IMG/VR virus record: IMGVR_UViG_3300011429_000013
Span: 1 to 35,536 of that record
DNA: 35,536 bases
Origin: a virus
Taxonomy: Duplodnaviria > Caudoviricetes
Reading direction: 5' to 3' (one strand)
Shown: in pieces, positions 28,367 to 33,323 of the stretch
Numbering within the stretch: position 1 is the first letter of the stretch
Layout: each line of letters opens with the position of its first letter
Made by a program: the position numbers and the translations under genes
The notes under the pieces: model-generated
Databases searched by the model: none
What the model was told of the DNA's origin: nothing
What the model saw: only the letters and a program-made list of their open reading frames with translations

Positions 28367-28413
28367 AAGATACCAGACCTCACAAGGGTTTGTCTATTAT
28401 GTGACCTAGTAAG
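28367..28413 (-). promoter_or_regulatory. Box-associated promoter for Y RNAs 3-2-1 and Ro60
   Basis: CTTACTAGGTCACATAAT abutting TAGACA-18bp-(TGg)TATCTT. Confidence 0.8.
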
Positions 28414-28414
28414 T

Positions 28415-29299
28415 TTAGTTGGCTGGAATCACTGGAGCATTGCCAGTCAAGACACTGGTGATATTCGAGCCTTCAGGTACATAGATCACAGTATCGCCTT
28501 CATCCAATATCTGTGCGGTCAATTCCATCATGCGAAGCTGGAGAAGTTGTGGACTTTCCTCATAGGCTTTGGCCTTTTGCTCATTGACCAAGTTCTCACG
28601 ATTGGCTTTCTCCAGTTCGATTTGGGTAGTCGCCTTTTCCTGTTGGAGTTGTTCCGTGATCAGTTTGGTCTGTTGTTGGGCAACTTCGATATTGATCTGT
28701 GCCTGAGCTTTGGCATTGAGAGCCTTATTAAATTCATCGCTCACAGCAATGTCGGAAATCTGGACAGATGTCAGTTCGACACTGAGCTTGTCAGTTTCGG
28801 CCTTAAGCAAGTCAAAGACTTCTTTAGCTGTCGCCTCACGCCCTACCGCTTGCGCGCCTTCAGCAATGCCAAGCATTTGATCAAGTGTATATTTGGTCGT
28901 GATAGTCTTGGCAACGGATGGCACGCGAGAGAGAACCAGAGTGGTCAATGCGGTATCATCCAGGGCTTCAGTGTGATAGTCATTATAAAGTTTTTTGATC
29001 GATTCGGAATCGCGCTTGCGGGCAAAGGAGATCGCCATCGTCAAACCGATAGGCTGCTTATCCCTGGTGACAAGAGATGGATCGTTCCAGGCAGTCGTGA
29101 TATTGGAGCCGTTGATGGTGACAAGATCGGCAAACCAGCCGCCGCTGCTATAAAGGCCAGGTCCGACGACAGTTGTAATCGAAACACCGTCATCGAGCTT
29201 TAGACCGACTTGATAGGACTGAACTTGGCGATTACGGTAACAGCCGGAGAGGACAAACAAAACAAACAGCAATACGGAGAAAATAAAATTTTTCTTCAC
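28415..29299 (-). CDS. SPFH/Band-7 (prohibitin-like) lipoprotein
   Basis: LSGC lipobox; V..YQVG...GPGLY, TRDKQ, VQISDI; coiled coil; P.LLQLR. Confidence 0.88.
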   Translation of the reverse strand: MKKNFIFSVLLFVLFVLSGCYRNRQVQSYQVGLKLDDGVSITTVVGPGLYSSGGWFADLVTINGSNITTAWNDPSLVTRDKQPIGLTMAISFARKRDSESIKKLYNDYHTEALDDTALTTLVLSRVPSVAKTITTKYTLDQMLGIAEGAQAVGREATAKEVFDLLKAETDKLSVELTSVQISDIAVSDEFNKALNAKAQAQINIEVAQQQTKLITEQLQQEKATTQIELEKANRENLVNEQKAKAYEESPQLLQLRMMELTAQILDEGDTVIYVPEGSNITSVLTGNAPVIPAN

Positions 29300-29319
29300 T
29301 TTTTCTTCTTTCTCTGAGA

Positions 29320-29547
29320 TTACTTTTTCTGGTGTAGAGCATCTGGGATTCTTGTCCAGACTTTGACAAACAAAATTACGAAAATTATCCCTAAAGCAAA
29401 CCCTTCTATGATGTCATCGTTTCCACTCCCTAATGGCAGGATAAGCCACAGAAAGTTCCGAATGGCCGGAACTGCCATCGCAATCGCTGTAATGATTGCG
29501 AATACAAACACTCTGGCTAACGTAATTCTAAATCCGAAAAGTTCCAT
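29320..29547 (-). CDS. Small 2-TM membrane protein
   Basis: Two hydrophobic segments; directly upstream of the SPFH gene. Confidence 0.65.
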   Translation of the reverse strand: MELFGFRITLARVFVFAIITAIAMAVPAIRNFLWLILPLGSGNDDIIEGFALGIIFVILFVKVWTRIPDALHQKK

Positions 29548-29605
29548 ACAATCCCCTGAAACAAAAAATATCGAAGTAACAGCGATCTAGCGCCATCTAA
29601 CAAAA

Positions 29606-29815
29606 TTATTTAATTCTTAAATAATCATCTTCATCTTCAAAATGATAGTGTTCAGGGAAATTTGAATCGTCCGGCTTGTCCAAAGTATATTTTGTCAGAA
29701 TGCCAATCGATTTCTCTTTTACAATCCACTCAAAAGCAAGTTCTTTAGTCGAGAAGATAGCACAAGCAAAAAACTGAAAGTCTCCGGTTCGATTGAATAC
29801 CCAAACTTCATTCAT
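29606..29815 (-). CDS. Hypothetical protein
   Basis: AGGA RBS; VWVFN...AIFSTKE.A..WI. Confidence 0.65.
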   Translation of the reverse strand: MNEVWVFNRTGDFQFFACAIFSTKELAFEWIVKEKSIGILTKYTLDKPDDSNFPEHYHFEDEDDYLRIK

Positions 29816-29840
29816 GGATTGTTCCTAAAAATCCTTGAGG

Positions 29841-29914
29841 GTTGTTTGATGGGATTCGAACCCACAACCACCATCTTCACAGGATGGTGCTCTGCCAGTT
29901 GAGCTACAAACAAC
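29841..29914 (-). tRNA. trnH: tRNA-His(GTG)
   Basis: Full cloverleaf with G-1:C73; CCATC-CT GTG AA-GATGG; TTCGAAT T-loop. Confidence 0.93.
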
Positions 29915-30007
29915 ATAATGTTGAGGCCCACCGCTGCGTTTTTCAGCAAACTTCGTGCCTAACACGGCGCGTTACCGTCTACTCGGCCCATTAGATATTG
30001 GTTAATA

Positions 30008-30074
30008 CTGGTTGTGCCGACCAGTAATGCTCAATAGCACCGTCACGAACTATTGAATTTTCCGGCACAACCAG
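30008..30074 (-). ncRNA. Unclassified hairpin RNA
   Basis: 12-bp terminal stem CTGGTTGTGCCG/CGGCACAACCAG plus inner TCAATAG/CTATTGA. Confidence 0.55.
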
Positions 30075-30078
30075 CATG

Positions 30079-30149
30079 TCAAAGCGGAGAGATTTGAACT
30101 CCCGACCCCTGGTCCCAAACCAGGCGTGTTGCCATTACACCACACTCTG
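30079..30149 (-). tRNA. trnP: tRNA-Pro(TGG)
   Basis: Cloverleaf CAGAGTG...CCTGG-TT TGG GA-CCAGG...GGGAG TTCAAAT CTCTC CGCTTTG A. Confidence 0.9.
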
Positions 30150-30530
30150 ATGACTTTCTTCCCAATGTATTATTCTGTGACAATTGGCGCACAGAACAAT
30201 ACATTTATCAATCTCCACCCTTAAATTTTCTATAGACTTGCCATTTCTAATAATATCCCCAACATTAAATTCCTTCTGTGAAGGGTCTTGGTGGTGAAAT
30301 TCTAATACTCTAGGATCGTTTATTCCACAATTCTCGCACTTCTTATCCTTTTTGTATTCTAAAATCCAAGACCTTATTCTATCTTTACGTTCGTTTTTTG
30401 TATCCTGATAACACCTTCTACATTTTCTACGTCGGTAAGCAATGCCATTTAAGACATTTGCTAGTTCAAAATGTTCCTCAGAAAAATCTTTACCGCAATA
30501 TCTGCAAAGCAACTTTAGCTCCCAAAACAA
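30135..30530 (-). CDS. HNH homing endonuclease with zinc fingers
   Basis: CRYC, CRRC, CENC, EFHH..P..K and LCANCHRIIH; starts and ends inside tRNA-Pro sequences. Confidence 0.88.
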   Translation of the reverse strand: MFWELKLLCRYCGKDFSEEHFELANVLNGIAYRRRKCRRCYQDTKNERKDRIRSWILEYKKDKKCENCGINDPRVLEFHHQDPSQKEFNVGDIIRNGKSIENLRVEIDKCIVLCANCHRIIHWEESHQSVV

Positions 30531-30556
30531 GTGCGCTACCGCTGCGCTACGCTCTG
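30520..30556 (-). pseudogene. 5' half of tRNA-Pro(TGG), truncated at the anticodon loop
   Basis: CAGAGCG TA GCGC AGCGGTA GCGC A CTTGT TT TGG GA, then HNH coding sequence. Confidence 0.85.
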
Positions 30557-30730
30557 ATGGGGACAGAGAGTTTGATCAGAACTCCTTAACGGCATCCGTC
30601 CCATACCGACTTGTTTACTGACTCAAGTTGTCATTCCAGGGCGTTTCTGGACAGCCCTTTAGCCTTCCCCCACACTGTCGCAGTAGGTTCGCTGCGCTAA
30701 CGAGACAGCTTCGTGTATACACTTTATAAG

Positions 30731-30850
30731 GTTGGCGGAAACTGTCGGTCACAGATCGCTAAACCGCCATCGAGACGTTTAGCCCAGGACGCTCTGGTAG
30801 CCGTACTAAGAATCGAACTTAGAAGTAACTGTTTCCTATCACCAGCCAAC
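30731..30850 (-). ncRNA. Y RNA-like RNA 4 (T-arm + acceptor 3' strand + ACCA cargo)
   Basis: GTTGGC-TGGTGA-TAGGAAACA-GTTACTTC...TTTCC-GCCAAC. Confidence 0.8.
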
Positions 30851-30863
30851 ATAATCTCATGAA

Positions 30864-31284
30864 AGAACCCTATAGCCTACGCTGTGTCCGGCATCACTCA
30901 TCCCCAACGCGCTATAGGATTCTGGTCAGACAGCAAGGCTTTGTATTCGTGTGTGATTCGCCCAATAAAAAGCCCTATGTGACTAAGGTTTGATAAAGAT
31001 AACCTTGTTGTCTGACCAGATTTCAGAGTCTCCAAGTCCTATACCTGGCGACAGTCATTTGTAAGGTGCAATTACTCTCTGAAATCCTTTATAATCGAAA
31101 AATTTTATTTTTCCGACTGAACGAACCGATTAACCAGAAGCCTCAGACGCAAACTGGCTAATCGATTCGTTCAGTCCCAGGAGTTGAAAGCTGGTAATCT
31201 AGTCTTTCGACACCTTCAACTCCTGAAACTGTTGGGGCATTGCGCTGACTTCAGTAATCTTAGAGGAAGTCTCGCTTTGATGCC
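30864..31284 (-). ncRNA. Run of six closely packed long-stem hairpin RNAs
   Basis: Terminal stems at 30864-30923, 30921-31020, 31019-31086, 31115-31176, 31178-31225 and 31236-31284; mismatches resolve to G-U on the minus strand. Confidence 0.6.
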
Positions 31285-31287
31285 AGG

Positions 31288-31360
31288 TAGCGGGAATTGG
31301 AGTTGAACCAATCCATTCCAGGTTATGAGCCTGATGAGGACACCGATCCTCTACCCCGCT
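31288..31360 (-). tRNA. trnM: tRNA-Met(CAT), initiator-like
   Basis: AGCGGGG acceptor; A11:U24; TCAGG-CT CAT AA-CCTGG. Confidence 0.88.
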
Positions 31361-31364
31361 ATAA

Positions 31365-31617
31365 AGGCCAGTATTCAGGCTACTTCCGGCTCGCCCTCTC
31401 GATTGCGCTGGCCTAACGCTCCGCCATTCAGTACAGGGAATGGATACCTGTTTTTTCTGCCAGATTATTTCGACTCTGGCTGATCCAGCGTAGAGTAGGA
31501 ATCACGCTTACCAGTTACAGAAAGACAAACCCCTTTGACCATTTAAGTTACGTGACTGCCGAATGATTACGGACTTCCGCCCCGCTTCGCTTTGAACGAA
31601 GAAACTATTTGTCTTTC
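31365..31617 (-). ncRNA. Structured RNA block (hairpin 31365-31414, pseudoknot 31424-31451, stem-closed RNA 31520-31617)
   Basis: Terminal inverted repeats AGGCCAG/CTGGCCT and GAAAGACAAA/TTTGTCTTTC. Confidence 0.5.
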
Positions 31618-31620
31618 AGG

Positions 31621-31693
31621 CGAGCTTGACCAGATTCGAACTGGCGATTTCTTGATTGACAATCAAGTGCCTTAACCACTAGGCCACAAGCTC
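31621..31693 (-). tRNA. trnD: tRNA-Asp(GTC)
   Basis: GAGCTTG acceptor, G73; CTTGA-TT GTC AA-TCAAG. Confidence 0.93.
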
Positions 31694-31699
31694 GAATTA

Positions 31700-31878
31700 G
31701 TTCGGGGAAACCGCGAAGCACAGATTTTGTTGTGATACGGGTTGGACTCGAACCAACTCCCTAGCAAGTCTCCTTATTGGTGTTGCAAGAATAAGATTTT
31801 CCTTGCGGTTAAGGCTACTGACTTGCTGGCTACCAGTTAAGTCCACATCGATGCAACTGTGTTTCTTCACCACCGAAC
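31700..31878 (-). ncRNA. Y RNA-like RNA 5 (tmRNA-like domain + pseudoknot cargo)
   Basis: GTTCGG-TGGTGA-AGAAACACA-GTTGCATC...TTTCC-CCGAAC; internal T-arm GTTGG TTCGAGT CCAAC. Confidence 0.8.
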
Positions 31879-31904
31879 AAGACTTATTTAACCAAAAACA
31901 GTAT

Positions 31905-32237
31905 TCAGAACCCAGGATACAGTCGGCAATGCAGCGTTACTGCTTTGTTTGTGATCACATACACGGATGCTTGGTCGCAACTCCAGTGAAAACCAGGAGG
32001 GGTTGGATAGCTCGGCAGCGGCTTGGCCTTGACAAGATGCGTGCCTTGATTGACCTGTACAGTACACTGAGAGCTACTTCCAGTTACACAGGCATGAATC
32101 TCAGTTACATTTGTAGTCGTAACCTGGACATTCTGCCCCATCCCTACATCGCCAAACATTCCAGTAACAAGCATTACAACAGTCAAACTATAGGCTAAAA
32201 AACTAAGCACAGTATTAAAACCTTTCTTTTGTTTCAA
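31905..32237 (-). CDS. Possible secreted Cys-containing small protein
   Basis: TTG start, signal-like hydrophobic stretch, four Cys; lies within the RNA island. Confidence 0.5.
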   Translation of the reverse strand: MKQKKGFNTVLSFLAYSLTVVMLVTGMFGDVGMGQNVQVTTTNVTEIHACVTGSSSQCTVQVNQGTHLVKAKPLPSYPTPPGFHWSCDQASVYVITNKAVTLHCRLYPGF

Positions 32238-32266
32238 TCCACAATTCAGTTTTCTGAACTGACAAA

Positions 32267-32341
32267 ATGTGACGGAGGAAAGAGACGGCTACGGGTTTAC
32301 ATCCCCAAGAAGTATCCGTAACCAAACACCATCCGTCACAT
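32267..32341 (-). ncRNA. Y RNA-like RNA 6 (minimal)
   Basis: ATGTGACGGA-TGGTGT-TTGGTTACG-GATACTTC...TTTCC-TCCGTCACAT. Confidence 0.8.
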
Positions 32342-32354
32342 TTTTTACTTATAA

Positions 32355-32463
32355 AGCAGAGTCGATGTGCTGACCATTTACACCATCAGCCCGACCGGAT
32401 GGTTACGGGATTCCTTTACGGGCAGATCATTATGGGCTTTGAACCCAGACCTTCGACTCTGCT
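32355..32463 (-). ncRNA. Circularly permuted tRNA-like RNA without the Y scaffold
   Basis: 11-bp closing stem in place of the anticodon arm; order T-arm (TGGG TTCAAAG CCCA), acceptor-like stem, D-arm (GTGT AAATGGTCA GCAC). Confidence 0.7.
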
Positions 32464-32475
32464 AGAACATCCTTA

Positions 32476-32620
32476 AAGATTGTTCGGGGAAACAGGCGAT
32501 TAGAGAAATTTTAGCGTCCTGCCCCTAGACGATCAAGTCTTTCGACCTGAGTGAGATTCGAACTCACGTTTCTCTATCTGAAGTAGAAGTAACTCTAATC
32601 TGACACCACCGAACAATCTT
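32476..32620 (-). ncRNA. Y RNA-like RNA 7, YrlA-type tRNA mimic
   Basis: Scaffold plus anticodon-like hairpin, T-arm GTGAG TTCGAAT CTCAC, GAAA-capped acceptor TCAGGTC/GACTTGA and D-arm. Confidence 0.88.
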
Positions 32621-32819
32621 ATCCCGTAACTCTTACTCCACGATCTCTTAGATACTCAAAAATATCTTGGCGAACTAAAACTAAAGCGTCGAAATTCTCT
32701 AAAGAATAATATAGTTTTTGTAGCTCCTTAGTATCTTCATCCTTAATTAAACTAGATACCATGTTTTCAATATTTTCTTGACTCCGACCTGTTATTTTAT
32801 CTTTCATCAATTGCCCCAA
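32619..32819 (-). CDS. Hypothetical protein
   Basis: AT-rich 66-aa ORF between RNAs; start uncertain. Confidence 0.4.
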   Translation of the reverse strand: MGQLMKDKITGRSQENIENMVSSLIKDEDTKELQKLYYSLENFDALVLVRQDIFEYLRDRGVRVTG

Positions 32820-32878
32820 CCAGTCGTCAAGAAACTTCTAATGAGAAGATACGACCCTTGAGAGCCACCACTGGCGAG

Positions 32879-32967
32879 TAAGAATGGATGGATTTGAACC
32901 ATCAAGACGGACTACCCGCCTACTGGCCGAAGGCCAGCGAAGTGTGCCTGTTACTTCCAACATTCTG
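32879..32967 (-). tRNA. Atypical type-II tRNA / tRNA mimic (nominal anticodon TTC)
   Basis: AGAATG/CATTCT acceptor with C1xT72, 5-bp D-stem, long variable arm, T-arm GATGG TTCAAAT CCATC; anticodon loop CCTTCGG lacks U33. Confidence 0.65.
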
Positions 32968-32971
32968 TTTT

Positions 32972-33106
32972 ATCAGAGGAAGTAGTTGGAACAGTGTCTT
33001 GCTGAAGGAGTTCTGACCAACTAAACTACAATCGATTTCTCGATTGAGGGGAATCGAACCCCTGTCGCCCTCTTGGTAGAAGTATCTGTTTCCTTCGCCA
33101 TCTGAT
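32972..33106 (-). ncRNA. Y RNA-like RNA 8, permuted tRNA mimic
   Basis: ATCAGA-TGGCGA-AGGAAACA-GATACTTC; GAGGG/CCTTC, T-arm AGGGG TTCGATT CCCCT, CAATCGA-GAAA-TCGATTG, D-arm; CTTCC-TCTGAT. Confidence 0.88.
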
Positions 33107-33112
33107 GCTCAC

Positions 33113-33159
33113 AATATAGCATGGCGGTTTGAGACTTGTCTATTATGCGACCTGATAAG
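33113..33159 (-). promoter_or_regulatory. Box-associated promoter of the RNA island
   Basis: CTTATCAGGTCGCATAAT abutting TAGACA-18bp-(TGc)TATATT; RNA 8 starts ~7 nt downstream. Confidence 0.85.
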
Positions 33160-33166
33160 TTTTATA

Positions 33167-33302
33167 TTCTAGGCTTTTACAACAAGTCTTTCAGTAGTTG
33201 CCCCTTCTCCTATTATATATACTTATATATTATATATTAAAATCACTATACGCGAAGTGAGATATATACAACTACTTACGTGCTTGTTGTGAATTGCTAG
33301 AA
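33167..33302. other. AT-rich element flanked by imperfect 20-bp inverted repeats (candidate origin)
   Basis: TTCTAGgctTTtACAACAAG ... CTTGTTGTgAAttgCTAGAA (16/20) around a TATATA-rich core. Confidence 0.45.
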
Positions 33303-33323
33303 CCAGACTAAATAGTTGTTATG

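Noticed and set aside
28547-29203. Long + strand ORFs (this one, 22533-23048 and others)
   Set aside because: They are antisense shadows of well-supported minus-strand genes.
29916-29989. Pistol- or twister-type ribozyme
   Set aside because: Only superficial similarity (CGTGTTAGGCACG hairpin); the conserved catalytic core could not be placed.
30150-30519. Group I intron in tRNA-Pro
   Set aside because: The insert is fully occupied by the HNH ORF, there is no room for an intron core, and a complete tRNA follows.
31734-31849. Functional tmRNA gene
   Set aside because: Too short; no G3-U70, no CCA and no tag reading frame. Kept only as a mimic.
32476-32620. Selenocysteine or opal suppressor tRNA (TCA triplet)
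   Set aside because: The acceptor stem is sealed by a GAAA loop inside a Y scaffold, so it cannot be charged. Genes here use TGA as a stop, so there is no sign of recoding.
28083-33106. Recurring GAAGTA...CACCA motifs as a CRISPR array
   Set aside because: The repeats are degenerate, unevenly spaced and form paired RNA scaffolds; there is no cas operon.
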